From sequence record OQ721909: a stretch of 64,000 nucleotides of DNA; one strand, given 5' to 3'. The notes beneath the pieces are model-generated. The model was given only the letters and a program-made list of their open reading frames with translations. It was not told the DNA's origin and did no database searches. A program made the position numbers and the translations under genes. Positions 9,263 to 18,479 of the stretch are shown here, piece after piece (position 1 is the first letter of the stretch; the number at the start of each line of letters is the position of its first letter). This DNA is from Escherichia phage vB_VIPECOOM01.

Positions 9263-10582
9263 TCACACATAAAACACATCATAACGACCACGAGTGACAC
9301 CAACATAAAGAAGCTGCTGAGCTAGTTCAGCATCTGCATAATGAATACAAGGCGTATAGATGAAAGCACGGTCTACAGACATGCCCTGAGCTTTATGGAA
9401 TGTTGATGCAGGAAGTGCTTTTACTTTACTAAACTGTGATTTAGCATCCCAAAAATCACTCCACGGAGCTTTTCCGCCTTTATTCCAATTTTTATAAGTT
9501 TCTGCCGTTTTACCTAAAAATAAGTTAAACTTATATAGCTCTTCATCAGATGAAATTATTTTAATCTTTTCACGATAATATTCATCATCGCCGTAAGTTT
9601 CTACTGTTAAATCCCAATGACGAATTAGATATTCTCCAGAAACACCACGAGCTTTAACAAATGTTGATGTATACTCTGCTTCTATAATACGAACTAATTG
9701 TCCGTTATTAAAAATAATTTCTGACACAGGCTTTCCATCAATTTTATATGTTTTAATTAATGGTTCCTGCATTACAATAATTTCACCAACGATAAAATCT
9801 TTATCAGTTTCAAAAATCTTTTTGCGAATAATGCTATTTAACTTATCAACAGATTTATTCGTAAATGCCATTACGCGATTTTCAAACAAATCATCTAGTG
9901 ATTTTACGATTGAAAAATAATTTACCATAAAATCGCGTAAAGCGGTATCACCAGTAAATCCACGTACTCCATGCCCGTCAACAACTTTGTCATAAATCCA
10001 CTTACCGTTGCGAACATCAGTAGCTACATCAATAATAGGAGCATTACTGCGTTTAACTTCAGTGAGTTCACACTGATAAAAATCTTTGTGCGTAAAGAAT
10101 GGACTGATATAAGCAGTGTTTTCTCCTGGGTCAACAGGTCTAATTTGCTTATTATCGCCTATTCCAATTATAGTACACCATGGTGGAATAGTTGAAAGCA
10201 AAATTTTAAATAGCTTTCTATCATACATTGACACTTCGTCGCAGATTAATACTCTGCATTTAGCCAAATCCGGTACTTCTTTTTGCTCAAAAAGAACGTT
10301 TTCTTCGTATGTTACTGGGTTAATTTTAAGAATACTGTGAATAGTACTCGCTTCTTTCCCTGACAGTTTTGAAAGAATCTTTTTAGCTGCATGTGTAGGA
10401 GCTGCTAAAATAATGCCAGTTTCGCCCGTAGATATTAAAGCTTCAATGATGAACTTAGTAAGAGTAGTCTTACCGGTACCAGCAGGTCCATTAATAGTTA
10501 CATGATGTTTCTTTTCTTTAATAGCCCTCATAACGATGTTAAAGGCATTTTTCTGGCCTTCTGTCAAATCATCAAATGTCAT
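9263..10582 (-). CDS. dda: Dda DNA helicase (SF1B)
   Basis: 439 aa as T4 Dda; Walker A GPAGTGKTT; ATG checked. Confidence 0.9.
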   Translation of the reverse strand: MTFDDLTEGQKNAFNIVMRAIKEKKHHVTINGPAGTGKTTLTKFIIEALISTGETGIILAAPTHAAKKILSKLSGKEASTIHSILKINPVTYEENVLFEQKEVPDLAKCRVLICDEVSMYDRKLFKILLSTIPPWCTIIGIGDNKQIRPVDPGENTAYISPFFTHKDFYQCELTEVKRSNAPIIDVATDVRNGKWIYDKVVDGHGVRGFTGDTALRDFMVNYFSIVKSLDDLFENRVMAFTNKSVDKLNSIIRKKIFETDKDFIVGEIIVMQEPLIKTYKIDGKPVSEIIFNNGQLVRIIEAEYTSTFVKARGVSGEYLIRHWDLTVETYGDDEYYREKIKIISSDEELYKFNLFLGKTAETYKNWNKGGKAPWSDFWDAKSQFSKVKALPASTFHKAQGMSVDRAFIYTPCIHYADAELAQQLLYVGVTRGRYDVFYV

Positions 10583-10890
10583 CGTAAATTCCCTGCAATT
10601 GGTATACTAACAATACGCCCAGTATCTAAAATTCGCCGATATAATCTTTGTGTGTCTACATCAGGCTTAACATGTTTAACTTCTATTTTATTAAACCAAA
10701 ACTTGCGTGGAGTCTCAACTAATCTCGGAATTCCCATACCTAAAGCTAGTCGATACTGCTCTTTAAGAGTAGTAAAAACTTTATCGGCAATCTCCCTTTC
10801 AAAAAATACAGCAGGACGATGTTCATCAAGAGGAACAGGCACCGCAAATCCATCTTTATCTCTATACACTATCGCATATACATAAAACAT
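10579..10890 (-). CDS. hypothetical protein (dda.1 position)
   Basis: 103 aa, start overlaps dda. Confidence 0.5.
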   Translation of the reverse strand: MFYVYAIVYRDKDGFAVPVPLDEHRPAVFFEREIADKVFTTLKEQYRLALGMGIPRLVETPRKFWFNKIEVKHVKPDVDTQRLYRRILDTGRIVSIPIAGNLR

Positions 10891-10891
10891 A

Positions 10892-11638
10892 TTATCCTCG
10901 GATAAGTTTAAAAATTGAACAATTTAGCGGGTATCCTCTTTTCAGTTTAAGTTTATCAATAAAAGACAAGTTTTGATACCGCTCTACACCTTGAATAATT
11001 TTATCACACATATCATATTGCATTTCTGCTTCTGACAACTTTTTCACGGTTTTCCAATCCGAGCCTTTAAGAAGAACGTTCAATTTAACAACTTCAGCGC
11101 CTTCTGCTATACGAGAACCATCAATACGAGCTTTAAGTGCTATAATTGTTAGCTTAACGTCAGAAGTTTGTTTTGATTTAGAAAGCTGAGAAATATGCTC
11201 AATTCGGTTTTCACGTTTTTTCTGTATAGCTTTAATTTGATTATAAGTCTTTTTGATTTTAGCCCATTTCTTTTCATCTAAATTTAGTTTATGAACTTTT
11301 TTCGCAGATGAACGACCAATTCGCAAAGCAAATAAATCACGCTTTTCAATCAGCTCTTCTAAAGTATAATCAGAACGAAATGTATTATACTTTTTCTTTA
11401 CTGCAATAACATTCCCTTTAATATATCCAACGTTATTATCAAAACGTTCTAATGATAATTTCTCTCCTTCAATACGATTATCAAAAGGTTCTCCTGAGTA
11501 AGCGCAAACTTTTTGATCTAAAATGTTCTTAATGTAATTGAAGTCTAAGTTAAAATCTTTAGAACGTCTTTTAGCTGATGCCTGAGTATGCTCTAGACGA
11601 CGTGTAATTTTACGAATTTGATTTTTAGACAGTTTCAT
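10892..11638 (-). CDS. Srd-position protein with degenerate HNH-like motif
   Basis: 248 aa between dda.1 and modA; segment CAYSGEPF...SLERFDNNVGYIKGNVIAVKKKYN resembles an HNH core lacking the catalytic His. Confidence 0.45.
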   Translation of the reverse strand: MKLSKNQIRKITRRLEHTQASAKRRSKDFNLDFNYIKNILDQKVCAYSGEPFDNRIEGEKLSLERFDNNVGYIKGNVIAVKKKYNTFRSDYTLEELIEKRDLFALRIGRSSAKKVHKLNLDEKKWAKIKKTYNQIKAIQKKRENRIEHISQLSKSKQTSDVKLTIIALKARIDGSRIAEGAEVVKLNVLLKGSDWKTVKKLSEAEMQYDMCDKIIQGVERYQNLSFIDKLKLKRGYPLNCSIFKLIRG

Positions 11639-11753
11639 ATTTTTCTCACGGACGGTTAACTACTTATACTATATCATTTTTACTTCAACTTGTAAACAAC
11701 TTTATGAAAAATGCTTTAAAACTTTCATGGTATAATGAATCTAAGTCCTTCCA

Positions 11754-12356
11754 TTATAGATTAAATCCTTCAAAATCAAGAGTATAGATAGTGTATGTTG
11801 AATACTTTTTATACTCATATCTATCTGCAATTCTAAATACACTTCCAGCTGGTATCATTACTTCTTGTTCATCTGAAACTAATTCCATATTACGATAACG
11901 ATGACTATCCGGAAACTTAAAACTTGGACTATATTCTTTACAACGTAGAGCTTTTATAGCATACTCCTGGAAATTAAACACCATAGGAGCTTTGAATTCA
12001 AAAATAACTTGTGTGTTGTATTCTAATCCAGAAGCAAAATGTAGAGCTATATTTTTATCATATGAAGCTGATACTACTTTATCAAATGTAATAATATCAA
12101 TTTCTTGATTTAATACCTGCTTAGTCTCAACTGGAACACCTCTCCAAAGAGGTTTATCGTTTGGAACCAAACGAGATTTGATTATTTCATTTAACCAAGA
12201 ATGATCGTCTGGCTTATTAGTAATACAGTGAATTAAAAGTTCAATTTCAGATAAATTAAATCCTTCAGAAAGTAATTCTTCACGAATAGAAGCACGCACC
12301 GATGCATCCATTGATTTGATTTTAAAATCTTTTAATTGCATTGCTGAATATTTCAT
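11754..12356 (-). CDS. modA: ADP-ribosyltransferase ModA
   Basis: 200 aa as T4 ModA; adjacent paralogue modB; synteny dda-srd-modA-modB. Confidence 0.7.
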   Translation of the reverse strand: MKYSAMQLKDFKIKSMDASVRASIREELLSEGFNLSEIELLIHCITNKPDDHSWLNEIIKSRLVPNDKPLWRGVPVETKQVLNQEIDIITFDKVVSASYDKNIALHFASGLEYNTQVIFEFKAPMVFNFQEYAIKALRCKEYSPSFKFPDSHRYRNMELVSDEQEVMIPAGSVFRIADRYEYKKYSTYTIYTLDFEGFNL

Positions 12357-12988
12357 TCAACTACCTCAATATCATACACTTTAAATGTTCCAAATGAATC
12401 GTGTAATTTTTCTTTTGAAATAGAAGTTATTTTATACTTTCCAATTGGAATCATCCATTCTTGTTCACGCACAATCATCATTAAGTTATCAGTACGCTCT
12501 GAATCTAATCCATCAGTATCTTCATATGTATACTTAAACTCAGTATTAGGAGAAGAAAGTATAATATCGCTAATATGGTCAGAGTAATTAAAAGCTTTAT
12601 CAGTTTTTAAGCGAAGTATTGTTTCAGTGAAATATTCAGCATAAGAAAAAGAACACGCTGTGTGCAAACTAGTAGTAAATGAATCTACCCTGTTCGTTGA
12701 AAACACTTCTCCAACTTGTAAATCTTTAATGAGCTCTTTTGTCGATTTTGATATACCACGATATAACTGATAAGGCGATTTAGTTAAATGCTTTTTAACG
12801 ATTTTATTCAACTGCTGATGAAGAGCTTCATTCTTTTTGGCTTCCATACATTGCCAAAGAATTGACTGTTCAAAGTCAGTAAATTTTTCACAGACTTTTT
12901 TATACATATCATATTGAAAATCAACGCTTTCAGCTTTTATAGATAACTGTTCAACATCTGCAAGATTAATAATCATGATAGCCTCCAT
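12353..12988 (-). CDS. modB: ADP-ribosyltransferase ModB
   Basis: 211-aa paralogue, start overlaps modA; probable true start at internal ATG with GGAGG SD. Confidence 0.65.
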   Translation of the reverse strand: MEAIMIINLADVEQLSIKAESVDFQYDMYKKVCEKFTDFEQSILWQCMEAKKNEALHQQLNKIVKKHLTKSPYQLYRGISKSTKELIKDLQVGEVFSTNRVDSFTTSLHTACSFSYAEYFTETILRLKTDKAFNYSDHISDIILSSPNTEFKYTYEDTDGLDSERTDNLMMIVREQEWMIPIGKYKITSISKEKLHDSFGTFKVYDIEVVE

Positions 12989-13043
12989 ATACTTCAGAAG
13001 CTATCATATCATTGTTAGGAAGGAAAGTAAACAACTTTTTGAA

Positions 13044-13226
13044 TTATTTTGCCCAGGGAGCCCAGGGCGGAGGGTCAAGATGGTATGAAGCTAGTTCTTC
13101 TAGAAGAGCATCTGGGGCTTCAATTCCATAATTCTGTAATACTATACGGTACTCTTTCTTATAATCACTAGAATCATTCTGGATATTCGTAGAATGATTA
13201 TCTTCTAACATCTCAAATAAATCCAT
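13044..13226 (-). CDS. hypothetical small protein
   Basis: 60-aa ORF. Confidence 0.35.
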   Translation of the reverse strand: MDLFEMLEDNHSTNIQNDSSDYKKEYRIVLQNYGIEAPDALLEELASYHLDPPPWAPWAK

Positions 13227-13234
13227 ATTAATTC

Positions 13235-13705
13235 CTAGCGATAAAAACCAAAATAACGATTAGCTTCAATAATCTTTCTTTCTTCTTCGGACATTCTCCA
13301 GCGTAGTCCAACATCAAAATGAGCCCAGACCATCTTAACGAATGCATTTATATCTTTAATATCTTCAATAATGAATGTTTTACTTTTAAAAGGCTGACTC
13401 GCTAATTTAACTTTATCGTCTTCAAACAGGTCAAAAAGACCATATTCATGAGCTCTTTTATAGCCTTTAATAGTTAAAGCTTCAGAAGAAGAAAACGGTG
13501 AATCAGTATTCTGCAAAATATCTTCAGTATGCTTTATAATTAGAATAACATTTTCTGGATATTTTCTTTCTTTTATATCTTTAATTAAAATATCCGGATT
13601 TTCTGCTAAAGGAATAATTAATGAGCACTTTTTATCAAGTGTATTTACTGATTTACCTTCTTTAGACATAAATTCTATTGAATAATGTTTTGCTACTTCA
13701 ATCAT
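13235..13705 (-). CDS. hypothetical protein
   Basis: 156-aa ORF, ATG checked. Confidence 0.45.
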   Translation of the reverse strand: MIEVAKHYSIEFMSKEGKSVNTLDKKCSLIIPLAENPDILIKDIKERKYPENVILIIKHTEDILQNTDSPFSSSEALTIKGYKRAHEYGLFDLFEDDKVKLASQPFKSKTFIIEDIKDINAFVKMVWAHFDVGLRWRMSEEERKIIEANRYFGFYR

Positions 13706-13862
13706 GTGATTTCCTCTTGCCTACTAACGGGCCGTCAGGAATTTTGTTTTCCTGGATATATTTCTCATTTTCTTCCATCATTTTACTACCGATTTTAAGA
13801 AGCAAATCCAATGCTTCATTTGCTTTAGCCTTGGCCTCTTCTAGAGTTATATCTTTGTTCAT
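13698..13862 (-). CDS. hypothetical small protein (54 aa), missing from the ORF track
   Basis: Hand translation [21 protein letters not shown]...; ATGA overlap with upstream stop, frame checked. Confidence 0.35.
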   Translation of the reverse strand: MNKDITLEEAKAKANEALDLLLKIGSKMMEENEKYIQENKIPDGPLVGKRKSHD

Positions 13863-14062
13863 GATTTATCCCCATAGATGTCTCTCATCAATTTAAGCGC
13901 TGAGCGTTCTAATTTCTTTTCTTTCTCGGCACTAATCATTGATTTCATCCATTCTTCTGATTCGTTCTGCATTTCTTTATTTGCTTGTTCAACCCAACCA
14001 TCATCAATGTACATTGAGTTTGGTCTATTGAACCATTCAAACATTTTCTTCAGAACTTTCAT
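13859..14062 (-). CDS. hypothetical small protein
   Basis: 67-aa ORF. Confidence 0.4.
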   Translation of the reverse strand: MKVLKKMFEWFNRPNSMYIDDGWVEQANKEMQNESEEWMKSMISAEKEKKLERSALKLMRDIYGDKS

Positions 14063-14534
14063 TTGTTTTACCTAAAACAACAGTAGGAGCATCATCAAAT
14101 TCATGAATTTTTAGCAAATTTGGATGTAAACTATTCCACACAGAAGAAATAAAGTATGATAACGCATCTTCACTCGCAATTATAAATTTATTTCCTTTAT
14201 CTATTTTCCAACTATATAATGAATCATACGAATAGAAAGATAAAGGTTTATCATTATATTGTTCTGCGCTAACATTAATGTATTCGGATTTAGTAAATGC
14301 TTCAATTGCTCTAAATGGAATATTTGGTACAGTTTCAATGATACCAATCTTTTTAAGCTTTATTTCAGCATCTTCTGGAACTGGCATTGAAACGAAATTT
14401 TCTACGAGATACATTGGGTCACAATAACCCTTATCAATCATTACTGCTACTGTAATTGGAACATCTTTAGCAAACGACATAATATTACTGCTAATATACA
14501 TTTCAAACAAAATCGCTTCCATAATTTTCCTCAA
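14037..14534 (-). CDS. hypothetical protein (mrh region)
   Basis: 165-aa ORF. Confidence 0.45.
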   Translation of the reverse strand: MRKIMEAILFEMYISSNIMSFAKDVPITVAVMIDKGYCDPMYLVENFVSMPVPEDAEIKLKKIGIIETVPNIPFRAIEAFTKSEYINVSAEQYNDKPLSFYSYDSLYSWKIDKGNKFIIASEDALSYFISSVWNSLHPNLLKIHEFDDAPTVVLGKTNESSEENV

Positions 14535-14872
14535 TCACAAGATGTAGATGAACAACTAGAATCACAAGAACTTCCACATGAATCGCCCGCCCATACATGA
14601 ACAGGAACATTAGTGTCATATGAATCAGAATTAGATTGTGTATTCTGCGTATTAGATGATGTAGTAGGTGTTGACCAGCGCCAAGGATTTTTATAATATT
14701 CTTGGGCTTCTTCATAAGTCATAGTAACTGCTTCTACTGTTCCATCTCCCATATAAACATATTCAACTACAGTTAAAGGAAGGTAATCGTTTGAAATAGG
14801 AACTACACCTTCTCCGGGAGTTGTAGAGAAAAAATCCGTAAAGAAACTTTTAAACCAATTAAAGATAAACAT
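14531..14872 (-). CDS. hypothetical protein with Cys/Ser-rich C-terminal tail
   Basis: 113 aa ending [18 protein letters not shown]. Confidence 0.45.
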   Translation of the reverse strand: MFIFNWFKSFFTDFFSTTPGEGVVPISNDYLPLTVVEYVYMGDGTVEAVTMTYEEAQEYYKNPWRWSTPTTSSNTQNTQSNSDSYDTNVPVHVWAGDSCGSSCDSSCSSTSCD

Positions 14873-15084
14873 TATAAAAAGCCTCTTTGAAATTCGACTC
14901 TTTGAAATCCACCCCAGTCAGTGTATCGCATTTCAGCATTGAACTCGACTGAACCATCTGCATGCATCATGAATGAATGCGTGACGACATCACAATCCCA
15001 GCTTTTCATGCCCCATTTATCAGAGATAGCTTTATCAAGAACCTTCTGGAGGTCTTCATTTGGTTTAATCCAACGATTTAACAT
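14872..15084 (-). CDS. hypothetical small protein
   Basis: 70 aa; early promoter upstream. Confidence 0.4.
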   Translation of the reverse strand: MLNRWIKPNEDLQKVLDKAISDKWGMKSWDCDVVTHSFMMHADGSVEFNAEMRYTDWGGFQRVEFQRGFL

Positions 15085-15110
15085 AGTGCTCTCCTCTATA
15101 AGATAAATCT

Positions 15111-15140
15111 ATTATACCATACTCATTTTGGAAAGTAAAC
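15111..15140 (-). promoter_or_regulatory. early promoter
   Basis: GTTTAC, 18 nt, TATAAT upstream of 14872..15084. Confidence 0.5.
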
Positions 15141-15155
15141 CAGTAAAATGAAAAA

Positions 15156-15175
15156 AGGACTCCCGAAGGAGTCCT
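15156..15175 (-). terminator. UUCG hairpin after soc
   Basis: 7-bp stem GGACUCC/GGAGUCC with UUCG loop, 8 nt after the soc stop. Confidence 0.6.
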
Positions 15176-15182
15176 TGAATTA

Positions 15183-15428
15183 TTAACCACCAGTTACTTT
15201 CCACAAATCTTCGTTTGCGGCAATCCATTCAGTACGTTGATTTTCTTCATATACTGTAGAATATGCTGCTTTTTCTGAAGGGAATGTCTGGTAATGAGCG
15301 CCAGAAATTTTGTGAACGTCAGAATAAAGAGGGAAAGCTACAGAAATTTCCTTTCCTTCAATTTTCTTATTTCCATCTAATTTCTGCTCAAACGTTTTGA
15401 TATTAACATAACCGCGAGTACTAGCCAT
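15183..15428 (-). CDS. soc: small outer capsid protein Soc
   Basis: 81 aa vs 80 aa in T4; TATAAATA late promoter upstream; UUCG hairpin downstream. Confidence 0.85.
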   Translation of the reverse strand: MASTRGYVNIKTFEQKLDGNKKIEGKEISVAFPLYSDVHKISGAHYQTFPSEKAAYSTVYEENQRTEWIAANEDLWKVTGG

Positions 15429-15458
15429 GTAATTCTCCTTTTATTTAAATTACATGAT

Positions 15459-15466
15459 TATTTATA
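15459..15466 (-). promoter_or_regulatory. late promoter TATAAATA for soc
   Basis: Exact TATAAATA about 30 nt upstream of the soc ATG. Confidence 0.6.
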
Positions 15467-15510
15467 ATAATTCTCACGGCTTTTAAGTCGTCGTTTAAAT
15501 AAACGAGCTA

Positions 15511-16029
15511 TTAATAACCTCGGTCTTGACGAGCGAAGTTTTCAGCATTTTTCAGATAATAAAGTTTAAAAATTTCTTCAGCCGTAAGACCAAGACCTTG
15601 GAACATGTTCAGAACGAAATGAAGAATATCAATCATTTCGAATTTAATTTCCAACTGATCTTGCGGAGACAAATCAGTAATTAGAGTTTCACGGCGTTCA
15701 CCATGTTGAGCTTTCCAAGGCTTCCATACAGCAGATGCATCTTTTTCACCATTGCTCATACCGCCAAGAGAAGTTAGAAGTTCACGGAATTCATCATCAA
15801 TATAATCTTTCTGATTACGCAGCCAATCAACAACTTCACCTGCAGTAGCCAAATCATCAGGATGACGGTTATATTCAGGTTTATCTTTAGCTAAACGAAC
15901 TTGCAGAGATTTCTGCATATCAAGCATAACTTGCAGCGGGTCTTTTTCATCACCGAGAATATCCCAGTATTCATTTTGAGCTTTATCAGCGCCTTCGATC
16001 AATTGTGAACATTCATTAAAGTATGCCAT
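15511..16029 (-). CDS. 56: dCTP pyrophosphatase gp56 (MazG-like)
   Basis: 172 aa from ATG at 16029 (T4 gp56 171 aa); track ORF is N-terminally extended. Confidence 0.8.
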   Translation of the reverse strand: MAYFNECSQLIEGADKAQNEYWDILGDEKDPLQVMLDMQKSLQVRLAKDKPEYNRHPDDLATAGEVVDWLRNQKDYIDDEFRELLTSLGGMSNGEKDASAVWKPWKAQHGERRETLITDLSPQDQLEIKFEMIDILHFVLNMFQGLGLTAEEIFKLYYLKNAENFARQDRGY

Positions 16030-16100
16030 TATTTTTCCTTTCAATTCATGGATTAGTAGATTAATTATACAATAAATATATAAAGCAATAAGGAGGACAT

Positions 16101-16301
16101 ATGGTGCAAAAATTAATGGCACTTGTTAATGCCATCAAAGGTAATAAAAAACGTATAGCTTTTACTATTTCTGCTATGATAGGAATTTTACTTTGGAATT
16201 TTGTTTTATCGCCAGTTGCTATTGCTCATGGCGTTAGTATTCCAGTAATTACTCTTGATACATTCGTAGATTTAGCATTTGCTTTAGTTGGGTTAATTTA
16301 A
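16101..16301 (+). CDS. small two-helix membrane protein (plus strand)
   Basis: 66 aa, hydrophobic; AGGAGG SD 4 nt before ATG; fills the 56/61 gap where T4 carries segF; 3' end converges on gene 61. Confidence 0.45.
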   Translation: MVQKLMALVNAIKGNKKRIAFTISAMIGILLWNFVLSPVAIAHGVSIPVITLDTFVDLAFALVGLI

Positions 16302-17326
16302 ATCTTAGCATATTTAGATAGCCGCATTTTAGCCATCAACCCTTGGGCAATATTATTTTTCATATATTCCATAATTTGTTCAGGGGTTGCACCTTCCTTT
16401 CTAATCATATCATTAACATCTTTTGATTTCCAGGGAGATTTGTCCCAAAACATAACCCTTTCTCCTGCATCAACTAATTTAGTCATTCGTTTAATAGTGT
16501 CAGGGTGACGAGGTTCATTATCTAAAACCCATACACGTCTATCTTTAAATGGAACAATTTCTAGGTCTAATTGGCCACCCGTAATAGCTATACCATTTTC
16601 AATAAAAAGTGAATCTATAGGTCCTTCTAGAACATATACATCACCATCTTTAACCCGTTCGACACCATAGATTTTTGTTGCCTCAGGATAAGCTTTGATG
16701 GTGATATATTTTTGAGGAGCATCTTTCTTTAATGCACGTCCTTGAAAAGACTCAGCTTTTCCATTAGCATTATAAATTGGAATAACAAGACGAGGCTCAG
16801 GTATTTCCTTTTTATATGTTCCTGGTGCTATACTATTAACTAATTTAGGCCATTCGGTTGTAAACCAAAGATATTTCCATTTATCCTTTGGAATACAGCG
16901 AGCTTTTACATATTTTATAATTGGATGGTCTTCCGTCAGTTTATCTAATCTAATACATGACGGAAGAGATTTAATTATTTTCTTCTCAGGTTGTTTAGGA
17001 AGTTCTTTAGGTTTTTCTACTGGACGACTTTTACCTTTTTCTTTTCTTATTTCAAAGATATACTCACGATATAAATCAGGTTCAAACTCCTTTAAATATA
17101 TTCCGATTGGTGCATGATAGTTACAGTTATAACAATGAATATTTCCTTCATTATTATCACCATAATACCATCCACGGGCTTTATTTTGGTCGGTTTTTGA
17201 ATCTCCACAAACAGGGCATCTAAACCGCAATTTAAAAGTTGAACTATTATTTACTTGTGTGAATTTAGGTAAATGAGCCAATGCACGGTATGCAAACTCA
17301 TTATCAATCCAAGGTATTGATGACAT
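16298..17326 (-). CDS. 61: DNA primase gp61
   Basis: 342 aa as T4 gp61; zinc ribbon CPVCGDS...CYNC; ATG checked. Confidence 0.9.
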   Translation of the reverse strand: MSSIPWIDNEFAYRALAHLPKFTQVNNSSTFKLRFRCPVCGDSKTDQNKARGWYYGDNNEGNIHCYNCNYHAPIGIYLKEFEPDLYREYIFEIRKEKGKSRPVEKPKELPKQPEKKIIKSLPSCIRLDKLTEDHPIIKYVKARCIPKDKWKYLWFTTEWPKLVNSIAPGTYKKEIPEPRLVIPIYNANGKAESFQGRALKKDAPQKYITIKAYPEATKIYGVERVKDGDVYVLEGPIDSLFIENGIAITGGQLDLEIVPFKDRRVWVLDNEPRHPDTIKRMTKLVDAGERVMFWDKSPWKSKDVNDMIRKEGATPEQIMEYMKNNIAQGLMAKMRLSKYAKI

Positions 17327-17328
17327 TT

Positions 17329-17493
17329 TTACTCTTCTTTTTCTTTAGATTCCTCTTTTTTCTTTTTAGGAATCTGTTCAGGGCCTTTATTTACTACAGC
17401 ACCTGATGTTGTTCCAGTAGAGATATTTTCAGGATTACCGCCTGAATCTCCAGCTACCATATCTTCTTTAATAAATTCTTTATATGTTTTCAT
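17329..17493 (-). CDS. candidate capsid-targeted internal peptide (54 aa), missing from the ORF track
   Basis: Hand translation MKTYKEFIKEDMVAGDSGGNPENISTGTTSGAVVNKGPEQIPKKKKEESKEKEE; N-terminus matches the CTS of ipII/ipIII in this window; GAGG SD; frame checked. Confidence 0.45.
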   Translation of the reverse strand: MKTYKEFIKEDMVAGDSGGNPENISTGTTSGAVVNKGPEQIPKKKKEESKEKEE

Positions 17494-17494
17494 A

Positions 17495-17851
17495 TTAACC
17501 TCTATTCATAAAAGCATTAAAAATTTGGTCATCAATCGATGGAATAGCAACCTTTTCTACATCATTTAACAAATCATTAATTTCGTCAGATAGCATAACG
17601 CATGTACCTTTATTTCCTGTAATTGTTACTGCGCAATTACGAACGTTTTCTTTATCAAATTTTAGGTTAATATTTTCGTAGTGAAAATCCTTTAATGCCG
17701 AATATATTTTTAAAATGAAATTGTCTTTTACTACAATAAACCCAACCTCACTATTAAAACGTGGTTCATGGAAACTGTAATAAACCTTTTCATCTATAAA
17801 ATCGTATGAAATTTTTTCCATTTTTAAATATGAAAATTCAGAACTATACAT
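17495..17851 (-). CDS. hypothetical protein (61.1 position)
   Basis: 118 aa; last 12 codons and stop are nucleotide-identical to the next ORF. Confidence 0.45.
   Translation of the reverse strand: MYSSEFSYLKMEKISYDFIDEKVYYSFHEPRFNSEVGFIVVKDNFILKIYSALKDFHYENINLKFDKENVRNCAVTITGNKGTCVMLSDEINDLLNDVEKVAIPSIDDQIFNAFMNRG
17500..17536. repeat. 37-nt direct repeat, copy 1
   Basis: ctctattcataaaagcattaaaaatttggtcatcaat, identical to 17858..17894. Confidence 0.8.
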
Positions 17852-17852
17852 A

Positions 17853-18479
17853 CTAATCTCTATTCATAAAAGCATTAAAAATTTGGTCATCAATAGAAAC
17901 ATTCACTTTAGACTGTTTTTCTGATGTCAATTCATATCCGCATATTACAATTTTGTGATCAATATCAAAATATGCAGAAGCAATATGATTAATGATGTTT
18001 TCAGTAAAGTCTAAATCAACATCAATATCTTTTTGACCACAACCTAAAGGATAAATAATGCGAGTAATTCGATTATCTTTAACAAAGATTCCACCGACAT
18101 ACTCAGTGTTACGTTTAAAGTCTACACGCCGACGAAATGAAAAATATTCAGGCTCTTTATGAGCTCGGCTCATAGGACACAACGAGTAACTAGAGTAAGA
18201 GATGTCAAATCCTACGCCTTCAATATGAGCCAAAGTATCATGATTAAACCAATTATAATCGTACGCCAAGTCCATTAGATTATAATATGTAAAAGGCACC
18301 GGATTAACATCATTAGTCACAAGCATGTAATTAGCAACTGCTATAATTTCGTTGTTTTTAACGAATACAAACCGTGATTGATGCGAATGACCTGGACCCG
18401 CGTTTTCACGATTAATGATATAACACTGGGCACCTTTATATTTGTATGTATCTTTGCACTTGTGCATTTGATAGAGCAT
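17853..18479 (-). CDS. hypothetical protein (61.2 position)
   Basis: 208 aa; shares C-terminal SIDDQIFNAFMNR with 17495..17851. Confidence 0.45.
   Translation of the reverse strand: MLYQMHKCKDTYKYKGAQCYIINRENAGPGHSHQSRFVFVKNNEIIAVANYMLVTNDVNPVPFTYYNLMDLAYDYNWFNHDTLAHIEGVGFDISYSSYSLCPMSRAHKEPEYFSFRRRVDFKRNTEYVGGIFVKDNRITRIIYPLGCGQKDIDVDLDFTENIINHIASAYFDIDHKIVICGYELTSEKQSKVNVSIDDQIFNAFMNRD
17858..17894. repeat. 37-nt direct repeat, copy 2
   Basis: Identical to 17500..17536; encodes the shared C-terminus of the 61.1/61.2 ORFs. Confidence 0.8.
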
